This document shows, one piece after another, positions 22,052 to 32,050 of a DNA stretch of 64,000 nt. Location of the stretch: assembly GCA_963836185.1 (NCBI GenBank), contig CAWIIQ010000003.1, positions 384,001-448,000 of the forward strand, read 5' to 3'. The first letter of the stretch is position 1, and every line of letters starts with the position of its first letter. A program made the position numbers and the translations under genes. The stretch is from Candidatus Krumholzibacteriia bacterium. Lineage in GTDB: Bacteria > Krumholzibacteriota > Krumholzibacteriia > Krumholzibacteriales > Krumholzibacteriaceae. The notes under the pieces are model-generated. The model saw only the letters and a program-made list of their open reading frames with translations, was not told the origin of the DNA and did not search any database.

Positions 22052-22098
22052 GGAGCGGATTATGTTACAGGCGGCCATGGACGGTCTACACGAAATTC

Positions 22099-22626
22099 TC
22101 AACGCAGAAGGACCATCTTGTGTGTCCTTACCCGGCTGTTTGCGGCAAGACTGTAGAAATAGACACCGCTCGCCAGGATCGAACCCTCGTCGTCCGTTCC
22201 GTTCCAGACCACCTCGTGACTGCCCGCTTCCCTCTGTTCTCCGAGAAGGACACGGACGAGCCGTCCCTCTACGTCGTATATCCTCAGGTCGATATGCCCG
22301 GCATCGGGGATGTCGAACGCTATCGTCGTCGATGGATTGAACGGATTGGGGTAATTCCGCGCGAAGAGCGGGAGCGGAGGATTATTCCCGGTCCCTGTCG
22401 GAGGCGTGTTCCCCTGACCATTGATGCGCTGCGCGAAGATGCCGGGCGACGCGAAATGGTTGTACCATGTGACGACCGCGCCTCCCGTTCCGTCGGAGAT
22501 GATCTCGGAGTCCTGCTCCTCCCCGGTTACCTGGGCCACAGGCACGCCGTTTTCCTGCCACTGAGCGTGGGCATGAGAGAACGCCAGCAGCAGGCAGATC
22601 GACACGCAGATCAGACTGTTTTTCAT
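22099..22626 (-). CDS. Small secreted protein: one propeller-type repeat plus FlgD-Ig/T9SS-like C-terminal domain
   Basis: Signal peptide AHA; NYPNPFNPSTTIAF...ASGVYFY...KMVLLR. Confidence 0.75.
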   Translation of the reverse strand: MKNSLICVSICLLLAFSHAHAQWQENGVPVAQVTGEEQDSEIISDGTGGAVVTWYNHFASPGIFAQRINGQGNTPPTGTGNNPPLPLFARNYPNPFNPSTTIAFDIPDAGHIDLRIYDVEGRLVRVLLGEQREAGSHEVVWNGTDDEGSILASGVYFYSLAANSRVRTHKMVLLR

Positions 22627-22687
22627 GATTGTGCCTCCGGTCGGCCAGGTGAGATTTCCAGGCAGGATCTATTTTGTCTTGCTCCTC

Positions 22688-24268
22688 TCAGTGAAATTTG
22701 ATGCCACCGTTCTGGTACAGGTATAGATGCCCGCTGTGAATGCGCATCCCCTTCGACTGATCTCCCCGTGCGAAGAGGCGAGAGTTGCTGGCGCTCCATC
22801 CCCTGAATTCTATTTTCCCTCCCGTGGTGCTCGTGCATCTTACCGTGATCCCCGGCAGGAACTGCAGGTAATGACCGGCGTCAAATATCGCGGCGGTCCC
22901 GGTCGCGTCACGGTCGAAGTAGCGGTAGGGAAATGATGGAGGTGAGTACGTTCCCGATAGCGAGCTTCCCAGTGCGCAGCTCGGGTATATGTTCTCGAGC
23001 ATGTATTCCTCGGCTATTCCACCGTAGAGCAGAGCGTCGAGTGTATACCAGGTGGTGGCATTACTCGCCCATCCGTAGTTCATGTGGTATTCACGAAGGG
23101 GAGTTGTGCCTGTTTCCTGCCATCCGTCTCCGACGATCGAATGTCCCTCGACCCTGTAATGAACGGGACGGTTCGCGTTGAACTGTGATTTCATGCGGTC
23201 GAACCACTCCACAGCGGTGTAGCTGCTACGATTCCGTTTCGTGCAGGCAGTCGCGTAACGGTAATGGTTTTCGTAAACACCCTCCATGTACTCAGTGGGG
23301 ATGCCTGAACCGCAGACCCCGTAGTCCATCTCTACGGCTACGCCGACCTCGTAGCAGAGTTCCTGCACCGCAGAGAGATTGGTCGAGTTCAAGGGTGCAG
23401 AATTCTCGTCCTCCCATCTGCTCAGCCCCGTATTCCATGTATACGCGTTCGCCATATGAGCCCAGTCGTAGGTATCGGTGATTGTGACATTGAGCAGTCC
23501 CCCACCGGTGGCACCATCGCAGGAGTTGTCTCCATCCCATGTGTAGCTGTTGTTCGAGCTCCCGTACGGGGGCCAGGACCAGTATTTCATGATCTGGGCG
23601 CCCGCGGTTGCTACGCAACCGACCAGCGTCGGCGGGGTCGGCGGACAGACCCAGGGATCGGTTGGGCAGCAGTCAGTGCACCCCGTGTCACCAGTGGGGC
23701 AGAGGACATTATACGGATCACCCTGGTGCCAGTTTGTGTCGAGCAGGCTGTCACTTTCCTGGTAATTCATCTCGATGCCAAGATCGCCCCGCTCAAGCTC
23801 ATCCCATGACTGGCGGTAGTCGATCTCGAGAAGCCGCTCCAGATCCTCGCTCCGCACGTTGGCGAGGGCCCCGTGCCTCTGCTCGACATGATCGACTATC
23901 CTTTCCATCTTGCCCTTCAACAGGTCGACGAGTCCCCTGTCGGATTCGGGATCAAGGTTGCAGACAGCCGAATATGCCTTCACTGGTGCAAGTTCCCTTC
24001 GCAGCGAAACGATGATGTGGCCCTGTGGCTTCACACGGCAGAAATAGCCTATGGTCCTGCCGTTCCGCCTGAATTCCTCGATATCCTCGATCTCCGCGGT
24101 CGGGGAATCGCCCCATCCCCCCTTCTTGTCGATAATCAGCCGTATCCAGTTCTCGGCTACGGTCAACGCCTCGTCCCTGTCCACCATCTGGGCCCTGGCC
24201 TGTGGCGCGAAGCATGTCACTGCGATGGAGGCGATCATTATTGCTGTGAGTATCTTTTTCATGATCAT
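22688..24268 (-). CDS. C10 (streptopain-like) cysteine peptidase with prodomain
   Basis: WHQGDPYN, GCVATAGAQIMKYW (catalytic Cys), GHSIVGDGW, YHMNYGW. Confidence 0.88.
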   Translation of the reverse strand: MIMKKILTAIMIASIAVTCFAPQARAQMVDRDEALTVAENWIRLIIDKKGGWGDSPTAEIEDIEEFRRNGRTIGYFCRVKPQGHIIVSLRRELAPVKAYSAVCNLDPESDRGLVDLLKGKMERIVDHVEQRHGALANVRSEDLERLLEIDYRQSWDELERGDLGIEMNYQESDSLLDTNWHQGDPYNVLCPTGDTGCTDCCPTDPWVCPPTPPTLVGCVATAGAQIMKYWSWPPYGSSNNSYTWDGDNSCDGATGGGLLNVTITDTYDWAHMANAYTWNTGLSRWEDENSAPLNSTNLSAVQELCYEVGVAVEMDYGVCGSGIPTEYMEGVYENHYRYATACTKRNRSSYTAVEWFDRMKSQFNANRPVHYRVEGHSIVGDGWQETGTTPLREYHMNYGWASNATTWYTLDALLYGGIAEEYMLENIYPSCALGSSLSGTYSPPSFPYRYFDRDATGTAAIFDAGHYLQFLPGITVRCTSTTGGKIEFRGWSASNSRLFARGDQSKGMRIHSGHLYLYQNGGIKFH

Positions 24269-24276
24269 AACCTCCC

Positions 24277-26061
24277 TTACTGCAGTGTGACGAGGACCAG
24301 TATCTGTCCCTTTTGACCTTTTTCCAGCCCTTCCATGGCCTTGCCGAGGATGGCTCCCCGGGCACGGGTGTCATCGGCCGCCTTCATCGCGTAACCCGGG
24401 ATGTCGGAGGTGGTCAGCTGGTCTCCCGGTTCGATCCCGGCCCTGGTCGCGTCCACGTTGCAGTAGACCCTTCCCGCCAGGGCGACATCGTGGTCGAACT
24501 CGCCCACTCCGAGACGGACGCCTGAGCCGAGCCCGTTTGCCCCGGCGACAATGCCGGCAACTCTGCTGTCGTACGGCCCGGTGCTCAGTGTCAGTTTGCC
24601 GGGATTACCTGAATCGATAATGAGCACCGATCCCGCGGAAATGCCTCTGTTTTCTGATACATCAAAGCCTTCCGCATAATCGAGGCCTTCACCGAGTTCC
24701 ATGACGGGGTTCCCTGTGCTCTGCGCCCTGATTATAACTTTCCCCCAGAAATCGCCTGCGTAGGCGCTCGATCCTCCTATTGCGAGTAGGCCAGTTCCGG
24801 CGGAGTGCGTGGCTCCGGCATACACCGCTACAGTATTGCTCTCACCCTTGACGCCGATGCCTTGGCCTTTTCCATAGACACCCACGGCCTGGTTGCCCCA
24901 GGTGGCTACAAAATAGCCGCCGTACCGCAGCGCTCCGTCACCACTCGCCCCGGTTGCGCCCATGACACCGATGCCATATGTGCCGTCCGCCTGGAAGCGT
25001 CCGCCGATGTTATTGGCTGAAGTGCCGTAGGCTGTAGCGTGACCCAGGACGGCGGTGCCGTTATTGCCCGCTGATTCGAAATAACCACCATAGTTGGTTA
25101 CATCTCCCGTACCCGCGGCTTCCGCGTAGATGCCCCTGCCAGTGCCGGTGTTGGTTATTGCCAGCGCGTTGCCGCTGGTCGAGGTCATGCCCGAATAGGG
25201 CAGAGTCAATCCCTCGACACCGGAGTCTGCCGTCGTCTGGAGAGTCCCGTCGGGGAACCTGAATCCCCCCGTCGTGGAGTGGATGGTCCCGACAACCTGC
25301 AGCGCTTCCGTGGGAGTTTCCGTTCCGATACCCACATTGCCGCCGTAAGGGTTGAGGCTAAGATCACCCCCGGCGAATTCGTTCACGTTCTGCAGGCGGA
25401 GATCGTCCTCGCTGTCATCATACCAGAGGTACGCCTTGAAATTTCCCCCTTCGTAGAAGGACATGAAGACATCCTCGGTGAGGGGAGCGGAAAGGGAGAG
25501 CTGTCCCCTCGAGGTGACGGGTGAGCCCTCTATGTGGAGATAGGTCTCAGGAGCCAGCGTGCCTATCCCGACCTCACCTTCATTGTCGACATAGAGAGCA
25601 TCTGCAGGATCTCCGTCTGCGGCATCGAGTGAATGCCCATCCCCTGTCGCTCCGCCCGCCGTTATGGCTGAATCTGCGATGGCCGCCCTGAAGGACCATG
25701 GAACCGAGGTGATCCTCGTGCGGGGCTCCATCTGGTCATCGCTGTCGACCGTTATCCCGATCCAGCGGCCCTCTTCATCGAAGGTGAAAGCTGGAACAGG
25801 GGTCGTGGCGCCCAGTATGACGTTGAAGAGCCCTTCGTCCAGAAGCACTCCCGCATGTATCTCCTCCCAGATCGGAGGCCCAGTCGACAAGCTGTCGTCA
25901 TAGATGCTGAAAGTGAGATCATGAGTCCCCGTGATCGGCGTGCCTCCTGTATCCGTTATTATCCCCTGGTAATTGATGAGATGGGGGACGCCGGCAGAGG
26001 CACATGTCACACAGAGGAGGATGATGGCCGATGTTAGAGTACAAACGGTAAGACTTTTCAT
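24277..26061 (-). CDS. Secreted tail-fibre-like protein with C-terminal autoproteolytic chaperone-like (peptidase G2/IMC-like) domain
   Basis: VPHLINYQG N-terminal domain; GNVGIGT repeats; Gly-rich GGYF/GVYG repeats; DYAEGF...VALAGRV...GDQLTTS...ILGKAME. Confidence 0.72.
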   Translation of the reverse strand: MKSLTVCTLTSAIILLCVTCASAGVPHLINYQGIITDTGGTPITGTHDLTFSIYDDSLSTGPPIWEEIHAGVLLDEGLFNVILGATTPVPAFTFDEEGRWIGITVDSDDQMEPRTRITSVPWSFRAAIADSAITAGGATGDGHSLDAADGDPADALYVDNEGEVGIGTLAPETYLHIEGSPVTSRGQLSLSAPLTEDVFMSFYEGGNFKAYLWYDDSEDDLRLQNVNEFAGGDLSLNPYGGNVGIGTETPTEALQVVGTIHSTTGGFRFPDGTLQTTADSGVEGLTLPYSGMTSTSGNALAITNTGTGRGIYAEAAGTGDVTNYGGYFESAGNNGTAVLGHATAYGTSANNIGGRFQADGTYGIGVMGATGASGDGALRYGGYFVATWGNQAVGVYGKGQGIGVKGESNTVAVYAGATHSAGTGLLAIGGSSAYAGDFWGKVIIRAQSTGNPVMELGEGLDYAEGFDVSENRGISAGSVLIIDSGNPGKLTLSTGPYDSRVAGIVAGANGLGSGVRLGVGEFDHDVALAGRVYCNVDATRAGIEPGDQLTTSDIPGYAMKAADDTRARGAILGKAMEGLEKGQKGQILVLVTLQ

Positions 26062-26076
26062 TTCAATCGCCCCTCT

Positions 26077-26658
26077 CTACCTGAGTAAAAGCATCTTCTT
26101 GACAGCGCTGAAGTCGCCGACTTTCAGTCGATAAAAATACACGCCGGATGAGACTGTGCCCCCCCGTTCATTCGTTCCGTCCCAGTTCATGCGATGCTTT
26201 CCAGGAGATTTGATATCACTGACGAGGCATCGTATTTTTTGTCCCTTTACGTTGAATATTGTTATCTCGACCAGGCTTTTCACGTCGACCATGTACTCGA
26301 TCGTTGTCACAGGATTGAATGGGTTGGGGTAGTTCTGGAAGAGCTCGTTCCTCAGGACCTGAGGTGTGTCATCGCCGGTTATTATCTCCTGCCAGACAGT
26401 CTTCCAGAATCCCAGATACAGGACCTTCCCGTCGGCCGAGAGTGCGCCCGGAGTGGAAGGTTGCCCCATGGTTCCGTTGATCCGTTTTTGTGTGTTTGAT
26501 GCCTGGGCGCCAGAAGAGCCGATGACAGATGTCCGGAGAAGGTACGCAGATTGCGCCGCCGAATCTTTGCTTTTCGCTTTCGCGTTCTGGTTTGGAGTGA
26601 CAGAAGGCAGAAGGAGAAGGAGCACAAAAAGCACACACAGAAAATTCGATTTCGACAT
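26077..26658 (-). CDS. Secreted protein: short GTMGQP...GFW domain plus FlgD-Ig/T9SS-like C-terminal domain
   Basis: Signal peptide; QNYPNPFNPVT...SSGVYFYRL...KKMLLLR. Confidence 0.8.
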   Translation of the reverse strand: MSKSNFLCVLFVLLLLLPSVTPNQNAKAKSKDSAAQSAYLLRTSVIGSSGAQASNTQKRINGTMGQPSTPGALSADGKVLYLGFWKTVWQEIITGDDTPQVLRNELFQNYPNPFNPVTTIEYMVDVKSLVEITIFNVKGQKIRCLVSDIKSPGKHRMNWDGTNERGGTVSSGVYFYRLKVGDFSAVKKMLLLR

Positions 26659-27034
26659 CCCGCATTCACCCCCTTTGCAGGAATTGAGAATCGCATCGAG
26701 TGAAGGCAGGAATATCTGAATCCCGTGCGGTGCCTGACTTCGCTCATGATTTAACCTAAATAAATTTCTGGATTTGCACACAATTGTACATAAATGGCTG
26801 AATAACATCAACTAAAATATAAACAAGCGGTTACAGCATCACAGGGATATCACAGCTGCTCCCTCGGGAGACGCTGTTATCAATATTGGGTGTTCCCTGT
26901 CGCGCATGAAGTTCAGAGCTGTCTTGAGATAGTGTTACAGTCCTTTATTCTGGACTTTCCACATATGTACTAGTAGATTATGTTTTCGGAATAGAAGAGT
27001 GGAAAAATAATAACCTGTTGATATTGATGGAACT

Positions 27035-27108
27035 GCGCCCGTAGCTCAGCTGGATAGAGCAGCGGACTTCTAATCCGCAGGCCACAGGTTCGAATCCTGT
27101 CGGGCGTA
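27035..27108 (+). tRNA. tRNA-Arg(TCT), CCA not encoded
   Basis: Cloverleaf GCGCCCG/CGGGCGT; anticodon arm GCGGA-CTTCTAA-TCCGC; T loop TTCGAAT. Confidence 0.95.
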
Positions 27109-27116
27109 TTTTAATA

Positions 27117-27153
27117 CTCAGAGCCGCCCTGGATATCCCGGGCGGCTCTGGAG
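27117..27153 (+). terminator. Hairpin downstream of tRNA-Arg
   Basis: CAGAGCCGCCC...GGGCGGCTCTG stem followed by TTGCTTTT. Confidence 0.55.
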
Positions 27154-27176
27154 TTGCTTTTGTAAGAGGAATCTCA

Positions 27177-28406
27177 TTGAAATCCAGTAGTACGAAGCTC
27201 ATCGCCGCGATTCTCGCTGCAGGCCTGCTCCTGTCCATATCTTCCGAACAGTCATTCTCTGCATCACCGGTAAACCCTGATTCTTCCGGAACGGCAGAGA
27301 AGGAGTCCTTCTGGTCGAAGCTCAAGGATCCGGAGGACGGAGCCTTTGATCTCGGCCGGCTGATCTCGGGAGGCGCCGGGTTTGTGCCTGTTCTGGTCCC
27401 GATCACCGAACCGGCAGTAGGATTCGGGCTCGCAGGCGCTCTCCTGTACATACATCCTTCCAAAGATGCCGGACTGACAAAGGATGGCAGGCGTATTCCT
27501 CCCTCGATCAGCATGCTCGGCGGGGGAGTGACCGAGAACGGGACGTGGGCCGCCGCGCTGGGTCACATGGGTGTGTGGAAGCAGGGAAAGATCCGTTATC
27601 TCGGAGGGCTTCTCTACGCCGATGCCAACCTCGATTTCTACGGGACAGCTTCAGGGACCGGCTCGAGCTTGGCATCGGTCTCATGGAACATAAAGGCCGG
27701 CGGTACCGTCCAGCAGCTTCAGTACCAGGTGTGGCCGGGAGTGTTCGTCGGCGCTAAATATTCATTTGTCAATACGAAGAACAGCCTGGACCTTACGGAA
27801 GTTGCTCCAGGATTGCCGGAGAGCGAAAAGGAATCGAGGCTCGGGGGCCTCGGCGCGAGCGTCAGCTGGGACAGCAGGGACAATATATTCACTCCGGACA
27901 AGGGACTTTACGGGAGAGTCCTGGCGACGAGGTTTGACAATATATTCGGCGGCGATTTTGACTATAATCGCCTTGATCTCGATGCTATCGGGTATTTCGG
28001 GATCGGCCCCGTTGTTCTCGGGACTCGCCTGCAGGGCACAGGTGTGGGTGACGGCGCGCCTTTCTACTCGTTGCCATTCCTGATGCTCAGAGGTGTTCCG
28101 GCTTTTCGCTATCTCGGCAGATACACCGCACTGGTCGAAGTCGAGCCGCGCTGGAAGGTGACCTCCAGATGGAGCCTGGTCGGCTTCTGCGGAGCCGGCT
28201 GGGTCGCCCCGGACTTCAGCGATTTCGGGGATGCCGAGACGATCGTCGCGGGAGGAGGAGGGTTCCGCTATCTGCTCGTCCGAAAGATGGGAATGGGCAT
28301 AGGCATCGATGTCGCGCGCGGGCCGGAGCAGACGGCATTTTATATCATCCTCGGAAGCTACTGGAGCAGAGTTATGATAAGAGGCTCCCATTTTCACAGG
28401 GGCTGA
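27177..28406 (+). CDS. Omp85/BamA-TamA-family beta-barrel outer-membrane protein lacking POTRA domains
   Basis: Signal peptide; WDSRDNIFTP, LRG motif, GGGFRYL, GIDVA. Confidence 0.75.
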   Translation: MKSSSTKLIAAILAAGLLLSISSEQSFSASPVNPDSSGTAEKESFWSKLKDPEDGAFDLGRLISGGAGFVPVLVPITEPAVGFGLAGALLYIHPSKDAGLTKDGRRIPPSISMLGGGVTENGTWAAALGHMGVWKQGKIRYLGGLLYADANLDFYGTASGTGSSLASVSWNIKAGGTVQQLQYQVWPGVFVGAKYSFVNTKNSLDLTEVAPGLPESEKESRLGGLGASVSWDSRDNIFTPDKGLYGRVLATRFDNIFGGDFDYNRLDLDAIGYFGIGPVVLGTRLQGTGVGDGAPFYSLPFLMLRGVPAFRYLGRYTALVEVEPRWKVTSRWSLVGFCGAGWVAPDFSDFGDAETIVAGGGGFRYLLVRKMGMGIGIDVARGPEQTAFYIILGSYWSRVMIRGSHFHRG

Positions 28407-28409
28407 AGA

Positions 28410-29659
28410 ATGAATTCAAAATCGGCGGAGTCCATCGCGTGCCCTGTATGCAAGGGCGGTCTCGAACAGCGGGACGGCTCGCTGGCCTGCGAAACAGTGT
28501 TCTATCGACTACACTGTCACAGATAACATTCCGCAGCTCTTTCCACCATCCGACAGACTTACGATAGACCCGGCGGAGCTTCGCATCAAGACCCGCGAGG
28601 AAGCGGCCGGGACCCTCGATGAGATGGCCCGCAGTGACCGCGGCTTCATATCGTCTCCCCGGCATTTCTACGCGTTCTACCTGCTTCTCCTCGTGACACT
28701 CGTCTTCAGGCTCGAATCGGGCGTATTCATGATCATCGCTCTGCTGCTGGCGGACTGGATATTCTTCAGGGTGCGAAGGAGACGTGTCCTGGAAAGCGCC
28801 CTGGCGAATACTCTCCGCTTGAGATCTGTCGCCGATTACGAGGAGGTCGATGAGGTTTACCGCCGCGAAGGAAAGGCCCAGCCGACAATGACCGACTGGG
28901 TCCGGCTGGCAGGCGGGACCCCTGACGGGGGGACGGGATCGACCGATGCGGAGGACCAGGACGATGAACGCTACCGCGATATCCTTCGTGTATATCAGCA
29001 GAAGGATGCCGAAGTCGTCGTCGACGTCGGCGCGAATGACGGAAGGGCATATTTCAAGTTCGGCATCGGGGAGGGCAAAACTTTCATAGGGATCGACGTG
29101 AGCCATCTGCTCCTCGCGGAATTCATGTGGCGCGTCCCCGGTCAGACCGCTCTCCAGGCGGACGGGATCTGCCTGCCCCTGAAGGACTCGACTGTCGATT
29201 TTCTCTTCTGCACCGAGACGCTCGAGCACCTCGCCGACCCTCAGCAGGCGATGCTCGAGTTCGGCCGCGTTCTCAGGTCGGGAGGCCGCCTGATCATCCA
29301 GAGCCCGAACGCTCACCGCATCCGCAACCTCAATCCTTTCCACTTGGCGACGAACGCCTTGGGCCTGCTCAGTGACCAGGTCCTGCAGAAGAAGGTCGTC
29401 CACGAGAACACATGGCACAACGCGGCCACCTATCACTGGGACTTCTCGGTCCAGGATTACCGGAGGATGGCGGCGAAGGCAGGTTTGAAGGTCACAGAGC
29501 TTCGCAGCGGACAGTTCTTCTTTCCCAGGTTTCTCATGTCCGGGCGCGCCGATGGCTTTGATAAAGAAGGAAAAGCTCGTCGGGTCGATTCCCCTTTTCA
29601 GGATGTTCGGCGGAGACCTGGTGATGGTGGCATCCGCGAGGGCCGCTGACAGGAATTGA
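28410..29659 (+). CDS. Class I SAM methyltransferase with N-terminal Trm112-like Zn ribbon and TM hairpin (two frameshifts)
   Basis: CPVC...CEQC after removing one A at 28492-28494; VVDVGANDG, TETLEHL, RVLRSGG. The C-terminus is restored by removing one base near 29563. Confidence 0.72.
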
Positions 29660-29687
29660 GCGAAGGACCTCCCTGAAAGCCTTGGTA

Positions 29688-30973
29688 TTATCTCCCTGAG
29701 ATTTCAGGTCCCGAAGAGTTCAGGATCGAATTCACCGGCCTGAACCCGACAGATCTCGGAGCAAGGATCGGATGGTAGCAGTCCCGGTCCGCCGAGCGGC
29801 ACTGCGCAGCGCCGTACCGCCAGGTCCCGCCCCGGACTATCCGCCTGGTATAACCTGATTCGGGTCCCGGGGGATCGATGATCGAGTCCCCGCAGCCCGC
29901 GTACATGTCCTCCCTGTACCAGTCGTTACACCACTCGGAGAGGTTCCCGTGCATGTCGTAGAGGCCCCAGTCGTTCGGTATCTTCTGAGCGACGGCGGAG
30001 GACCAGTTTTCATCGTTCCCGCAGTACCATCCGATCACGTCGAGGACCGGATCGTAATCGCAGTATCGCTCCGTGATATCGCCGTTGGCGAATGCGGTCG
30101 TGGCCCCGGCCCGGCAGGCGTACTCCCACTCCGCTTCGGTAGGAAGCCGGTATGCGTATGCTGAACACGGATCGTGATCGTTGCACAGCCAGGTATCGTG
30201 ATCGTAGGACATCGGGTCATCGGTGTATCTTATCGTCAGCCAGTCACAGTAAGCCGCTGCGCCGAACCAGGTGACATGATAGACGGGATGGTCCGGATTG
30301 ATGCCGTGACCGCCGCGTCCCTCAGCGAGAAGATCCCGTCGTTGTACGCGATCTCGCTCGTCGGCTCGCCGATGTAATAGAGGGCTTCATCGTTGAAGTC
30401 CATATTGTCCCAGACGATAGTGTCGGTAACAGTCACAAGGTCCCAGTCGGCCGCCCACTGGAGCATCTCCATGTACTGCTGGTTGGTGACCTCGGTCGTC
30501 TGGATATAGAAGTCATGCGTCAATACGACGGTGTGCTGGGGACGCTCATCGAGATATGTGCCCGGTTCGTCGGATGGCGCGCCCCTCGTGTAACTTCCGC
30601 GCGACAGCAGGACGAAAGTCGCATTGGTCAATCCCTGCTGGGAATACACCCCGTTGAATGTCAGCGTGCTGTTGGACGACAGCGTGCGTGTATCGCCGGC
30701 CGGCGTTATCCATTCCGATACATCTCCCCAGTCGATCGTGTAGCTTCCCGCGGTCATATCGGTCATCGTGGAATCTCCCGTGCCGCTCGCGCTGAAACTC
30801 TCCGGGCCGGTCAGGTCCCATGGCGCGTCGAGCATTTCAGGCTCAGCGTCTATCACTACCGTACCGGGCTCATCCGATCCGACCGGATCGGTGGGGTCGT
30901 CTTCGCCGGCGCAGCCGGACAGCAGGAAGATGACAAGAAGGGACAGAACAACTCTGGGCGAGAATCCGTTCAT
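29688..30973 (-). CDS. FGE-sulfatase (SUMF1) domain lipoprotein (one frameshift near 30313)
   Basis: Lipobox LSGC; TEVTNQQY, HPVYHVTW after correction, RLPTEAEWEYACRAG, GLYDMHGNLSEWC, GFRP. Confidence 0.85.
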
Positions 30974-31142
30974 GGCCGCACTCCTGTGAAAAGGGTGTTA
31001 CAGATATTTATATATTCAAGCCGCTTCCAAGGTGGATCGTTCGAGGCGTATTATAGCAGAAGGGAAGGTCCTGTTTCAACCGCTCCTCATTGGTTTTCGC
31101 TTGCAGAAGGCCCGCAAGGCGGATAAATTATAGTTCTTGTGT

Positions 31143-31219
31143 GGTGGGCGTAGCTCAGCTGGTAGAGCCCTGGATTGTGGTTCCAGTTGTCGCGGGTTCA
31201 ATCCCCGTCGTCCACCCCA
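31143..31219 (+). tRNA. tRNA-His(GTG) with G-1 and encoded CCA
   Basis: G-GTGGGCG/CGTCCAC-C-CCA; anticodon arm CTGGA-TTGTGGT-TCCAG. Confidence 0.95.
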
Positions 31220-31233
31220 CTTTTATTAAAACA

Positions 31234-31266
31234 GAAGCCCGCCCCCATGAGGGAGGCGGGCTTTTC
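31234..31266. terminator. Intrinsic terminator between convergent tRNA-His and peroxiredoxin
   Basis: AAGCCCGCCCCC-ATGA-GGGAGGCGGGCTTTT hairpin. Confidence 0.75.
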
Positions 31267-31294
31267 AATTCTACGTTCCGTTCCCCGGGAGCTG

Positions 31295-31768
31295 TTACTT
31301 CAGTTCCTCGAGCTTCGCCTGGATAGCCGCGAAGTCGGGCATCACCAGAGGATCCTCTGAGATGGCCGCGAAAGCGATCTTGCCTTCCTTGTCGATGATG
31401 AAGGCGGATCTCTTGGCTACGCCGTTCAGCGGCCCGAGAGTCTCGTGAAAGGCGCCGTATGCCGGGCTGACCGTCTTGTTGAAGTCGCTGACCAGGGTGT
31501 ACTGCAGGCCGAGCAGCTCTTTCCACTTCTCCAGGACGAACGGATGGTCGACGCTGATCCCGACGATCTCGGCGTCGAGGTTCTGCCACTCGCTGAACCC
31601 GTCACGCACCGAGCAGAGCTCTTCGTGACAGGGAGGGCTGAACGCGAAGGGGAAGAAGAGGAGCAGTATGTTCTTCTTGCCCACGTAATCGGACAGTTTC
31701 CAGGTAGTTTCCAGGGTCAGGGGAAGCTCGAAGTCGGGGGCCTTGTCGCCTATGTTCAGCTGTGCCAT
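31295..31768 (-). CDS. Peroxiredoxin, AhpC/TSA family (1-Cys, AhpE-like)
   Basis: GDKAPDF, FFPFAFSPPC, GISVD, RSAFIIDKEG. Confidence 0.88.
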   Translation of the reverse strand: MAQLNIGDKAPDFELPLTLETTWKLSDYVGKKNILLLFFPFAFSPPCHEELCSVRDGFSEWQNLDAEIVGISVDHPFVLEKWKELLGLQYTLVSDFNKTVSPAYGAFHETLGPLNGVAKRSAFIIDKEGKIAFAAISEDPLVMPDFAAIQAKLEELK

Positions 31769-31921
31769 CTGGGGTCCTCCTTGAAAAGAAGCGTTTCGGT
31801 TCGATAATACCTAAATGATAATCATTCCTAATATGCCTCGGGTTCATCGTAATGTCAATTAAAAACCGCCTGAGTGCCCATTATCCCCCCGAATAGAACC
31901 GATATCAAGGCTTATTAATAC

Positions 31922-31949
31922 TTGACGAATGGCCTCAAAACGGTACAAT
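31922..31949 (+). promoter_or_regulatory. Putative sigma70 promoter for ssb
   Basis: TTGACG, 16-bp spacer, TACAAT. Confidence 0.5.
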
Positions 31950-32050
31950 AGTCGGTGTTCAAATAAGAAATAATTTAATGAACCAGGGGATGATGCGGGG
32001 ATGAGGATGCGGCGGAAGGTTCCTATTTTTTTCACCCAGGAGGTGTGGTG

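Noticed and set aside
24277-26061. Prophage suggested by the tail-fibre-like gene next to tRNA-Arg
   Set aside because: The protein has a Sec signal peptide, and I found no capsid, terminase, integrase or tRNA-Arg att duplicate.
26749-26776. dif-like site (minus strand CAAATCCAGAA-ATTTAT-TTAGGTTAAAT)
   Set aside because: The XerD-like arm changes the conserved TTAT to TTAG and the XerC arm is poor. The context is AT-rich and GC skew could not be checked.
28361-28406. C-terminal extension of Omp85 past GSYW as a novel feature
   Set aside because: Cannot be separated from another indel error in this assembly.
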